Notes: a model not told the origin generated them from the sequence alone. A DNA stretch of 64,000 bases from Candidatus Tayloriibacteriota bacterium (GCA_037129895.1 JBAXUB010000003.1:2699-66698); one strand, 5' to 3'; positions 38,557 through 47,121 are shown, counted from the stretch's first letter. Made by a program: numbers and translations.

Positions 38557-40193
38557 TTTCTCACAATAAAAACCTTGGAAAAAGACTAACTATGCAGTCA
38601 GATTTGCTGTTTTCAATTCACCATTTATTTCACAAAAAAGGTTTTAAAGAGATTAATACTCCAATATTAAGTTTTCCCACAAAGGAATATGGTGACGGTG
38701 AATTTGTTGTCGTGTCCAAGCTCCAGCCTGGAAAGTTCTATTCTCTTCCGCATTCTCCCCAATTGTATAAACAATATTTATTGGCTCGTTTTCCAGAACT
38801 GAAAGCATACTATCAGATAGCGTCAAATTTTCGACCTGAAATTGGTGATAATACACACGCACAAGAATTTCATCAAATAGATTTCGAAATTGCAAATTTA
38901 TCTCTGGACGATGTGCGACGAACTATTGAGCAAATTTGTAGTAAAGCTTTTTCACTTATTGACATTAGGCCGACCTATACCGTTATGAGATTTGAAGACT
39001 CTGTGTGTCTTTATGGCTCCGATTCGCCTGATCTTAGATACAGCGGTGGGGAATTTAGAAACGACGGAAAGGAAGTATATTTCGAAATACCAATTAGAGA
39101 TGTCCTAGATTTGCAGAAGTTGAAATCGCAGTTACGTGCAAGAACAGGTGTTAGTATGAGAATCGGACCAAAGTCATTTGTATTTGCGTCTCAAAAGGGT
39201 AACTTATATATACTAGGAGATTTCCGAAATAGGCTGATCAAAAATTATGTATTACGTCTACATTCTAAATGGTCATTCGTCTGGCTGATCGATTTACCTC
39301 TATTCAAGCGCGATGGCAATGGGCAAATTTCCACCTTTCATCATCCGCAAATGTCACCAATGAGTCATTATGCTTTTTGGAAAGCCGCAAAATCAAAAGA
39401 TATTAACGAAGTACTTTCTTTGAGGGGAAATGGATGTGAGCTCATAGTCAACGGAATGGAGCTTGGAGGAGGTAATGTTCGTAATAACGATTTAAAGATA
39501 CAAAAGGAAATTCTTAACATTTGTGGAGTAAGTGACACATCGCTTAGATCTACGTTTAAACCATTACTTGATATGCTCAGATCGCATCCGAATTACAAAA
39601 GCTCTGGAGCAGCTGTAGGCCTTGATCGTCTTATGATGTTATTAACAAAGAGCGATTCTCTTTCAGATAACCGAGCATTTCCACAAGATAATAATGGCAC
39701 GGAGTATTTCGGTGGCCCCTCAAACGTTTCTATGTCAGATTTACAGGAATTAGGTTTAGATTATGAACACCCGATAATAACCCAGTCACGGCAAACAGCA
39801 ATACGACTCGTTGAGGCAAATAACAATTTTATTCACGATCGAAAACATATACAGAATGTTGAGCAAAATGCAGTCGCGATCGCTATCAATGAAGGAGTTT
39901 TACCAGACGAAATACTCATTTTAAGACTAGCGGCGCATTGGCATGATGTCGGACGAAATGATTGGTTGCCACGTGAAATTGAACCCCACGCAGAAATTTC
40001 TATGAAAGCATTTAGAGAATGGGCGAATACGATGGGGATGCCAAATTCAGTAATTACTCCTGTTGAGTTATTGATAAAGGAACATGATGAACTATCGAAG
40101 ATCGAGCATCCTGATAAATTATTAAAAATCTTGCAAGACGGTGATAGGTTGGATGTTATTAATGTTGAGAGAGTGCAGAGGATATTGGCGTAG
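38541..40193 (+). CDS. Class IIb (AspRS-like) aminoacyl-tRNA-synthetase catalytic domain without anticodon-binding domain, fused to a C-terminal HD phosphohydrolase domain
   Basis: Motif 1 is 'FKEINTPIL'. Motif 2 is 'LPHSPQLYKQYLL...FRPEIGDNTHAQEFHQIDFEIA'. Motif 3 is 'ELGGGNVRNNDLKIQ...AAVGLDRLMMLLT...AFPQ'. The C-terminus carries 'AAHWHDVGR...EHD...DGDRLD'. Confidence 0.6.
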   Translation: MQKRIISHNKNLGKRLTMQSDLLFSIHHLFHKKGFKEINTPILSFPTKEYGDGEFVVVSKLQPGKFYSLPHSPQLYKQYLLARFPELKAYYQIASNFRPEIGDNTHAQEFHQIDFEIANLSLDDVRRTIEQICSKAFSLIDIRPTYTVMRFEDSVCLYGSDSPDLRYSGGEFRNDGKEVYFEIPIRDVLDLQKLKSQLRARTGVSMRIGPKSFVFASQKGNLYILGDFRNRLIKNYVLRLHSKWSFVWLIDLPLFKRDGNGQISTFHHPQMSPMSHYAFWKAAKSKDINEVLSLRGNGCELIVNGMELGGGNVRNNDLKIQKEILNICGVSDTSLRSTFKPLLDMLRSHPNYKSSGAAVGLDRLMMLLTKSDSLSDNRAFPQDNNGTEYFGGPSNVSMSDLQELGLDYEHPIITQSRQTAIRLVEANNNFIHDRKHIQNVEQNAVAIAINEGVLPDEILILRLAAHWHDVGRNDWLPREIEPHAEISMKAFREWANTMGMPNSVITPVELLIKEHDELSKIEHPDKLLKILQDGDRLDVINVERVQRILA

Positions 40194-40199
40194 TATAGT

Positions 40200-41039
40200 A
40201 TGGGCAATCAGATCGGCGAGTACAATTATTATCAGTCTATAGCATTTTGGGTTAAAATGAACAAAACCATGAACAATATTTTACAGACAAAATCAGCGAA
40301 AAAAATGTATTTAGATCGCCAATCGGAATTTAACGATATTATAGAGTTGTTACGCGTGTACAGGATCGACACTAAAAGAACAATAATTGCACTTGGTGGT
40401 GCGGAATCAATCACAGGCATATATAACTCTTTGGATAGGTCGGTACTCGGTTCTGTTGCTTCCGACAAAATCAAAATGCTTTATGTACCTATTGGCGTTT
40501 TCGGAAATGCTGATATTGTCAAAACAGTTGATGAATATGTAACGATTGTAAAGAGGTATTATCAAGGTTTGGGTAGTGAGGTTGATTTTAAGTATGTAAG
40601 CCCTCATGATTCTGAGGATGAGATTATTTCAAAAATTAAGGAGGCAGGCATAGTTTATTTAGCAGGAGGTGATACAAAATATTTAATCGAGAAGCTAAGT
40701 GCACCCAAAATAGAAGAGGCACTTAAAGAATCTTATGAAAAAGGAACAATTCTGATTGGAAACAGTGCTGGTATATTGTGTCTTCTTCAAAATCCAGTTT
40801 CATTTTCCTATGGTGATGAGCCAGAATACATGAAAGGTCTTGGATTACTAAAAAAATATTGCATCCTGGTTCACTATTCACCAGAGAAGGATGCACATAT
40901 AAAAAAAATACAGAAGCAAGTTAAGGATGATCAAATAGTACTGCTACCTGAATCTGGTGCCGCAATATTTATAAATGAGGAGCTCGTAGCTTCTACGGAA
41001 AAAAATAGCGTGTTACCCACTGCTGGTAACACGCGCTAG
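40200..41039 (+). CDS. Peptidase S51 family (dipeptidase E/cyanophycinase-like)
   Basis: 'IVYLAGGDTKYLIEKL' is followed by the nucleophile motif 'GNSAGILCL', then His in 'VHYSPE'. Confidence 0.5.
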   Translation: MGNQIGEYNYYQSIAFWVKMNKTMNNILQTKSAKKMYLDRQSEFNDIIELLRVYRIDTKRTIIALGGAESITGIYNSLDRSVLGSVASDKIKMLYVPIGVFGNADIVKTVDEYVTIVKRYYQGLGSEVDFKYVSPHDSEDEIISKIKEAGIVYLAGGDTKYLIEKLSAPKIEEALKESYEKGTILIGNSAGILCLLQNPVSFSYGDEPEYMKGLGLLKKYCILVHYSPEKDAHIKKIQKQVKDDQIVLLPESGAAIFINEELVASTEKNSVLPTAGNTR

Positions 41040-41061
41040 TTGATTGGCTTGGGACTCGCTA

Positions 41062-42552
41062 TTAGTCAGTGTAGTGTCCGATCGATGAGCTCAATGTATC
41101 AGGATTTACAGTGATCCTACCAAGGACTTGCTGTCTATCATTTTCGGTGGGTTCTTGGAATGATCTATTGCCATGAACCTGGGCCGTAATTTCAGCAAGG
41201 TCGTCCACGAACTTTTGATAAAACTGGCGCGTATACTCACATGCACGCTTATCACAGTTCATCATGTTTCCTGATTGTACCCACGATTCGTAGGCACAGG
41301 CATTCCCACATATCCCTATGGCTTTACAACCTTGACATGTATCGATGTAGACAGGTGAGCGTCGCTGAAGTGAATCTAGGATGTTTGGTTTCATCGAACA
41401 ACAATTAGCTGGTTCGATAGTCATACCACTAGCTAGTGTGTTAAGAGCTAGGAATGATTTACATGGACCGATGTTGCCTCGGGCATCAATGTTAATCGTT
41501 GTACCAGCGGCGGCTCCGCAATCGTGGTATCTGAACCTTCTGGTAACAAATGGATGGACTCTTCTGTACACGAGTTCAAAGAATAGTCCTGTGTTACGAA
41601 ACACACGGAAAGCATCATATGTTGCTTGGACGAAGTCAATAGGCGTGATCAGGAATGGGAAGTCCCCTTGACTCTTTGTTGGAGGCTTCATGTAGTTCAC
41701 TCCGATGCTTACTGGCCGATATTCTTCCAACATGGTTGAGATTTCACGTTTAAGATGGCAGACGTTGTGTTTTCCAATCACCATCGAAAGACCGAGTTCT
41801 ATACCAAAGCTGTTGAGTAGGCGGATGCCCATGTCAACTTGTTTGAATGATCCACGACCAGTGTGGTCTTTGCGCAGTATATCGTGGATGTCCTGTTGGC
41901 CATCAATCGATACTATCACCTTGATGTTATGGTGAGATAGATATTTCGCCCGTTCCGCGTTGATCAATATTCCGTTTGTGCCAAGCGCGATGAAGTATCT
42001 TTCACCAGCGCGTTTGAGCGATTCGACGAGAACGATTATTTGTTTTACACGTTCCCAAGCTATTAAAGGTTCCCCACCTGAAATATGTATGACCTTAGGC
42101 GTCGATGGGACGGAACCATTAAAGAAGAGTTCGATTACGTGTTTAAGATCCTCTGGTGATGCGGCCCGTTTAGTTACTGTAGTGATATTGTGCATAACCT
42201 TACAATAATCACAGCTCAGGTTGCAAACGTCTGTAAGGAGGATGCGTAGAAGCCTGTACCCACTATTACGGGTGCTCGTTTCTGGAGTTATGAAGTCAGT
42301 TAACTGTTCGTTTTCAGATAAAGCTACAAACGAGCCTCTGTTCAATGTCTCCACAAGATGCTTCGCTTCAGTGGGACAATATAATTGTTCCGCAAATGCG
42401 GAGACTTCTTCTTGTGTCCTATCACTAGTTATGAAATTTGCAAGTCTAATCAATCTGTTATCGCCGAATATTTGATTCAGCGAAACCGATTGGGATAAAA
42501 CCTGCAGTCCATTGCTAGCAATCATGGACTTGCTGAATTTTGATAATCTCAT
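41062..42552 (-). CDS. Radical SAM/SPASM-domain peptide maturase with N-terminal RRE (PqqD-like) domain
   Basis: The rSAM motif is CNLSCDYC (Cx3Cx2C). The C-terminal Cys-rich SPASM region reads 'CQGCKAIGICGNACAYE'. The ~110-aa N-terminal extension is PqqD/RRE-like. Confidence 0.75.
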   Translation of the reverse strand: MRLSKFSKSMIASNGLQVLSQSVSLNQIFGDNRLIRLANFITSDRTQEEVSAFAEQLYCPTEAKHLVETLNRGSFVALSENEQLTDFITPETSTRNSGYRLLRILLTDVCNLSCDYCKVMHNITTVTKRAASPEDLKHVIELFFNGSVPSTPKVIHISGGEPLIAWERVKQIIVLVESLKRAGERYFIALGTNGILINAERAKYLSHHNIKVIVSIDGQQDIHDILRKDHTGRGSFKQVDMGIRLLNSFGIELGLSMVIGKHNVCHLKREISTMLEEYRPVSIGVNYMKPPTKSQGDFPFLITPIDFVQATYDAFRVFRNTGLFFELVYRRVHPFVTRRFRYHDCGAAAGTTINIDARGNIGPCKSFLALNTLASGMTIEPANCCSMKPNILDSLQRRSPVYIDTCQGCKAIGICGNACAYESWVQSGNMMNCDKRACEYTRQFYQKFVDDLAEITAQVHGNRSFQEPTENDRQQVLGRITVNPDTLSSSIGHYTD

Positions 42553-42708
42553 TCAGTTTCCTTTTGTTGTAAATGATCAACTATGTTGAGAAATCTTGGG
42601 GATAAATTTGGTACCGTTTAGGTACGTTTCTATGGAAATATATATCACAAAATAGTAGAAATGGCAAGCTGTTAGCAAATCTTATCTTATCTGGAACGTT
42701 TGTGGTTT

Positions 42709-42776
42709 GTTAAACAATAGTGCACAACCTGGTGGGGTAATTGAATGTTGGAATACTTTTTGTCGTTTTACCCATA
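42709..42776 (-). CDS. Candidate 21-aa precursor peptide MGKTTKSIPTFNYPTRLCTIV (unannotated small ORF)
   Basis: I translated it by hand. It has an AGGAA RBS 6 nt upstream, sits ~155 nt upstream of the maturase on the same strand, and has a single Cys near the C-terminus. Confidence 0.2.
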
Positions 42777-42819
42777 TTCTTCCTTATCCCAGTTCCAACA
42801 TCCTCCTACCGCGTCCGCG

Positions 42820-42917
42820 CATAGATTTGAGGTCAATAGTAAGCCACAGAAAGTATGTGGATCTAGAGGACTTGAGCTGTGGTATAATTTTTGTATAGAA
42901 TTTTAATATACGAGTTT
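42820..42917 (+). repeat. ~90-bp direct repeat copy 2 with extended -10 promoter (TGGTATAAT at 42890-42898)
   Basis: It is near-identical to 37271-37362 and ends at ATG 42918. Confidence 0.65.
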
Positions 42918-43685
42918 ATGCCAACAGAACAAATGAATTTCGATCAATTGATATCAAAACTGTCCAATAATCAGAATGTGGACGCGCTACTTCTGTGTGG
43001 TTCAACTGCTACACAAACGCGTACTACTAGTAGTGATTATGATCTTGTTGTTATTGTCAAAGATAAGCCTGAAAAGCTAGTGTCGATGTTTGCAACGATC
43101 GGTAACGTACCAGCTGATATTTTTTTCTTTACAATATTGGAAATAGAAACTATTTTGAAGAACATGAGTGTGAAAGATGGTGCGGAGATGTGGCTATTGA
43201 ATTGGCTCGAAACTGGCAAGATTTCCTTCGATAAGTCTGGGACCTTAACGAAACTGCAAGAAACGAGAAGGAGTGTACAGAAGCCAGACAATGTTTCTTT
43301 GGCTAAGTCCTACGAATACAAGATCAATTATAATCTTCTGGCTAATACACGGTATTTTGAATCTAAAGATGAGCTTTATCATGCGGCACTAGAGATCCGT
43401 CTTTTATATTCCATTGTCGAAGCACTGGTCGGATATTTTACTATGCGTGCCATAAATTGGGAAGGAGAGAAGAGTGCTATCCTATATCTAAGAAAGAACG
43501 ACCCAGCATATCTGAAAGTATTTGAGTCAGTCTGTAGAGAGACATCTCTTTTTAGTAAGTTCGCTTCTTACAAGAAATTAGTTGAGGAGTCATTTTATGG
43601 TAAATACAAGAAGTGGGATAATGATATTGCTGTTAGTATGGATGGTGACTTCGGTGAATTCTGGAGGGGTCTATTGAATATGTAA
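42918..43685 (+). CDS. Nucleotidyltransferase-fold protein (Pol-beta superfamily, ANT/Lnu-like)
   Basis: It carries 'LLCGSTATQ...SDYDLVVIV', which is the GS...D.D motif. Confidence 0.5.
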   Translation: MPTEQMNFDQLISKLSNNQNVDALLLCGSTATQTRTTSSDYDLVVIVKDKPEKLVSMFATIGNVPADIFFFTILEIETILKNMSVKDGAEMWLLNWLETGKISFDKSGTLTKLQETRRSVQKPDNVSLAKSYEYKINYNLLANTRYFESKDELYHAALEIRLLYSIVEALVGYFTMRAINWEGEKSAILYLRKNDPAYLKVFESVCRETSLFSKFASYKKLVEESFYGKYKKWDNDIAVSMDGDFGEFWRGLLNM

Positions 43686-43774
43686 TCCTGTTGACTTCAT
43701 GGTATTTTTTGATAATATAGAGGTACAAGTGGCTTCGGCCTAACCCTCGAAAGGGGGAGAAAAGAGAAAAACCG

Positions 43775-44368
43775 TCAAAATAATTTTTTGACGGTTTTTC
43801 TTAAATTTTGAAATATATCGATCTCTAGGAAACCAATTTTTTCAACCAAGCGCCTTGTATCTATTGCGCGAACCTGAGACAAGATGGCAGAAGCGTGTTT
43901 TCCTTGAATTTCTCCTATAGGCACACGTAAATAATGTTTACGAAGAGAAGTGGTGAGAGGTATAACCATACAGATATTGGCCCCAAATCCACGGATGATC
44001 AAAACTGGTCTTAAGAAGTCCTCTCCATTACCATCTTGCTCCGAGCCTATGTTTATACCTAGTCTGCACCACCAAACTTCCCGTACAGTATAGAGGCGCG
44101 GTTTTTCTATATGTACAAGTTTCTTCTTGAAATTCCAACTGTCAAATTCTTTATTAATAGAAACTGGGTCTTCGAATGAGAACCTGATACCGTATTCTAC
44201 GCCAAATTCACTATTTCGAATATGATTTTCAGCTTCTTTTGCGGCTGTATATAGCAGGTCAAATGTACCAAGGACACTGATTTCTCCATTGGTATCAAAA
44301 TCCATTTCAGAAACATAATATTTTCCTGTAGGCGTTTCTTCTATTTGAATGTAATTATTTGTACTCAT
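43775..44368 (-). CDS. MazF/PemK-family toxin domain with ~100-aa N-terminal extension
   Basis: The C-terminal half reads '...RPVLIIRGF...ICMVIPLTTS...AILSQVRAIDTRRLVEKIGFL', a MazF signature. No separate antitoxin ORF was seen upstream. Confidence 0.55.
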   Translation of the reverse strand: MSTNNYIQIEETPTGKYYVSEMDFDTNGEISVLGTFDLLYTAAKEAENHIRNSEFGVEYGIRFSFEDPVSINKEFDSWNFKKKLVHIEKPRLYTVREVWWCRLGINIGSEQDGNGEDFLRPVLIIRGFGANICMVIPLTTSLRKHYLRVPIGEIQGKHASAILSQVRAIDTRRLVEKIGFLEIDIFQNLRKTVKKLF

Positions 44369-44576
44369 GATTTTGTTTGATTTATGTCTAATAATAGTTA
44401 CTACTAACCTAAACTAAAAAACTGCGACGAGTGAGTGCGTCATAATTATATAATTGTATGTCTTTTTTATCCTGAGAAATACTTACGATCTGAAACAGGA
44501 TCATTGTATCAGGTCAACTAATATTTTACAAAAAACAAAGGGTTTGAGAGTATTTAAACTGTGATAGAATTAACCC

Positions 44577-44987
44577 ATGAACAACTACAACTGGTACTCA
44601 CAACTTATCAAACCCACATGGTCACCACCATCATGGCTTTTTGGGCCGGTATGGACGGTACTGTATGTGATCATCGCAGTTACTTTTGGTACAGTATTTT
44701 ACAAGACATTTACGGGTAAACTATCGTGGATCGTGGCTCTACCTTTTATTCTCAACCTGATCTTCAATTTCGCATTTACACCATTGCAATTTGGTCTCAA
44801 GAACAATCTACTGGCTGCAGTAGACATCCTCCTTATTCTGGGAACACTCATCTGGGCACTCTATGCCGTCTGGCACGCATCAACAGAGCTCCGCTTTATT
44901 GTATACGCCAATATTCCGTATCTGTTATGGGTATCGTTTGCCACGTCTTTGCAATTGACTATCACTGTACTCAATAGACATATATAA
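44577..44987 (+). CDS. TspO/MBR (tryptophan-rich sensory protein) family membrane protein
   Basis: It has 'WYSQLIKPTWSPPSWLFGPVWTVLY' and 5 TM helices. Confidence 0.65.
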   Translation: MNNYNWYSQLIKPTWSPPSWLFGPVWTVLYVIIAVTFGTVFYKTFTGKLSWIVALPFILNLIFNFAFTPLQFGLKNNLLAAVDILLILGTLIWALYAVWHASTELRFIVYANIPYLLWVSFATSLQLTITVLNRHI

Positions 44988-45314
44988 ATGAATAATGAAA
45001 AAATAGAAAATTCACAGGATAGAATCCCAGCCAAAGAAGAAGTACTAAAAATAGTAGGCAGATTTGCAGAAAATTTTACTATTTTGAGTGAGTTGTCTGA
45101 TGAATGGGGTATTTATTCTTTGGAAGCGAAAGCTAGTGGATTAGAAAACAATGAGAGTGTCATCTATGATTATTCAAGGAAGGGTAGGTATGCAGATGGT
45201 CATCAGTCAGGAGCAACGGTTATTTATGCAGTTTCATATAATGGTGATATACCCACTGGCGGAGAGACGGTGGCTGAGATCGATGAAAAAACGGGTGAGT
45301 GGGTATTTAATTAG
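44988..45314 (+). CDS. Hypothetical protein
   Basis: A 108-aa ORF with no recognisable domain. Confidence 0.3.
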   Translation: MNNEKIENSQDRIPAKEEVLKIVGRFAENFTILSELSDEWGIYSLEAKASGLENNESVIYDYSRKGRYADGHQSGATVIYAVSYNGDIPTGGETVAEIDEKTGEWVFN

Positions 45315-45432
45315 TTTTGATGGTTTGTAAAAGTGTCAAAAAAGTTGACGCTTTTTGCAAGTGGCGGGAAGGAGGTGGTATGTGGCGGCTGATAGTTCTT
45401 AAAATCAGTTAAAGAGTAGTATACTTAACAGT

Positions 45433-46062
45433 ATGAAAAGACCAAGTCTACCACAGTCACAGGATTTGCCTATTATCTCAAGGGACCAGCTGCATGACTT
45501 ATATATTACGTGTCGTCAATCAGTTTCTGCAATCGCTATTTTGTTAAAATGTTCTCAGAATAGAATTAACTACTGGCTGGCAAAATATCATATACCAAAA
45601 AGGACTATTTCCGAGGCAATTTATCAGTTAAGAAATCCTAAGGGTGATCCGTTTCTATATAAACCACCGGATAGTTTAGAGACAGCAGTATTGTTTGGAA
45701 TGGGACTCGGGTTATATTGGGGTGAAGGCTCAAAACGTGGGACGGGTGGTGTTAGATTGACTAATACAGATCCGAGATTGCTAAGAAAATTCATTGAGTT
45801 TTTACAAGTATCATTCAACATTGATAGGTTTAAGTTGAGATTTGGCCTCCAAATATTCGATGATCTTTCGAAAGTTAAGACTTTGTCATATTGGACTCGC
45901 GAACTCGGAGTCAGCAGAAAACAGTTTTATAAGATTATTGTTTCAAAGATTCGCGGTAAAGGAACATATAAGATTAAGTCTGCAAATGGTGTGATAATTG
46001 TATATTTCAATAATATCAAACTGAAGAGACAGATCTGTGCCATGATTGATAATATCAGATAA
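45433..46062 (+). CDS. HTH-containing protein with a possible degenerate single LAGLIDADG-like motif
   Basis: It has an N-terminal HTH-like segment and 'FGMGLGLYWGEGSKRGTGGVRL', which is LAGLIDADG-like and resembles the single-motif family. The call is weak. Confidence 0.25.
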   Translation: MKRPSLPQSQDLPIISRDQLHDLYITCRQSVSAIAILLKCSQNRINYWLAKYHIPKRTISEAIYQLRNPKGDPFLYKPPDSLETAVLFGMGLGLYWGEGSKRGTGGVRLTNTDPRLLRKFIEFLQVSFNIDRFKLRFGLQIFDDLSKVKTLSYWTRELGVSRKQFYKIIVSKIRGKGTYKIKSANGVIIVYFNNIKLKRQICAMIDNIR

Positions 46063-46144
46063 ATAGTTTATTCTTACAGAGCTGCAAGGATGCCGATGCA
46101 GGTGTCTTGGTAGTTAAACCAGAAATGGTAATTTTGAAAATATA

Positions 46145-46424
46145 ATATAGTTATGCCGATGTAGCTCAGTTGGTAGAGCACGCCATTGGTAGGTCGTAAG
46201 ACCCTGCCCATATATGAGGTAACTCGTATATGAATCCCGAATTACGGTTAAAGTCCACAGAACATATTATTGCGGATAAGACCGTGGCGCTTCAAGTAGA
46301 TGCGCCCGAACGACTGACAAGGGTTTCCATTGTTCGAATGGAAAAAGATACAGTCTAGTCCTTGCTGTAAAGTGAGGTGTAAACGAATGGCGAGGTCTCC
46401 GGTTCAATCCCGGACGTCGGCTCC
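46145..46424 (+). tRNA. tRNA-Thr (anticodon GGT) interrupted by a 204-nt group I intron in the anticodon loop (exons 46145-46180 and 46385-46421, plus encoded CCA to 46424)
   Basis: The 5' half is GCCGATG-TA-GCTC...GAGC-A-CGCCA-TTGGT. The 3' half is AA-TGGCG-AGGTC-TCCGG-TTCAATC-CCGGA-CGTCGGC-T-CCA. The halves pair only if 46181-46384 is removed. Confidence 0.7.
46181..46384 (+). ncRNA. Group I intron (self-splicing intron candidate) in tRNA-Thr
   Basis: It inserts after U36, the intron ends in G, and it contains a P-element-like 'ttattgcggataag', an R-like 'acgactgacaa' and an S-element-like 'aagatacagtctagtcc'. There is no internal ORF. Confidence 0.6.
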
Positions 46425-46471
46425 AATTCCTCATGTGGATTCTCTATCCACATTGTCGTATACTAGACACC

Positions 46472-47041
46472 ATGATCATTATCGGAATAACAGGCACATT
46501 GGGCGCTGGAAAAGGCGTGGCGGTGTCATATTTGGAGAAAAAAGGGTTTCAACATTTTTCGGCTAGAAGTTTCATCCTCGAAGAGGTGCGTCGCAGGGGA
46601 CTGCCGGAAGTTAGAGATTCCAATGTCACCGTGGCGAATGACTTGCGCAAGAATCATTCTCCGAGTTATATTCTAGAAAGCCTGTACAATATGGCTGCAA
46701 AAAGCGGTCAAAACAGTGTATTGGAGTCAGTCAGAACTCCAGGCGAAGTTGATTTCCTAAAGAAGCAAGAGTCATTCTATCTTCTCTCAGTTGATGCTGA
46801 TCAGAAGGAGAGATATAGGAGAGTTGTGAAGAGGAATACGTCTTTTGACAATGTAACATTCGAAGAATTCCAATTACACGATTCGAGAGAGATGGAAGCC
46901 ACGGATCCTAACAAACAGAATATAGCTGAATGCATGAGGCTCGCTGACTTCAGTCTCGTGAACGATGGAACGATAGAAGAATTTCACGCGAAGTTAGAGG
47001 TGATGTTGAAGGAGATAAATGGGAGGAAAAATTTATTATAG
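46472..47041 (+). CDS. P-loop nucleoside/nucleotide kinase-like protein (adenylate-kinase-like GxxGxGKG)
   Basis: 'IIGITGTLGAGKGVAVSYLEKKGFQHFSA' resembles the NMP-kinase N-terminus. Start was set at ATG 46472, after the tRNA. Confidence 0.4.
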   Translation: MIIIGITGTLGAGKGVAVSYLEKKGFQHFSARSFILEEVRRRGLPEVRDSNVTVANDLRKNHSPSYILESLYNMAAKSGQNSVLESVRTPGEVDFLKKQESFYLLSVDADQKERYRRVVKRNTSFDNVTFEEFQLHDSREMEATDPNKQNIAECMRLADFSLVNDGTIEEFHAKLEVMLKEINGRKNLL

Positions 47042-47045
47042 TTGT

Positions 47046-47121
47046 GCCGATGTAGCTCAGTTGGTAGAGCGCCACTTTCGTAAAGTGGATGTCCCCGGTT
47101 CGATTCCGGGCATCGGCTCCA
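47046..47121 (+). tRNA. tRNA-Thr (anticodon CGT), CCA encoded
   Basis: Same 5' half as tRNA-Thr(GGT), anticodon arm CCACT-TTCGTAA-AGTGG, T arm CCCGG-TTCGATT-CCGGG. Confidence 0.85.
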
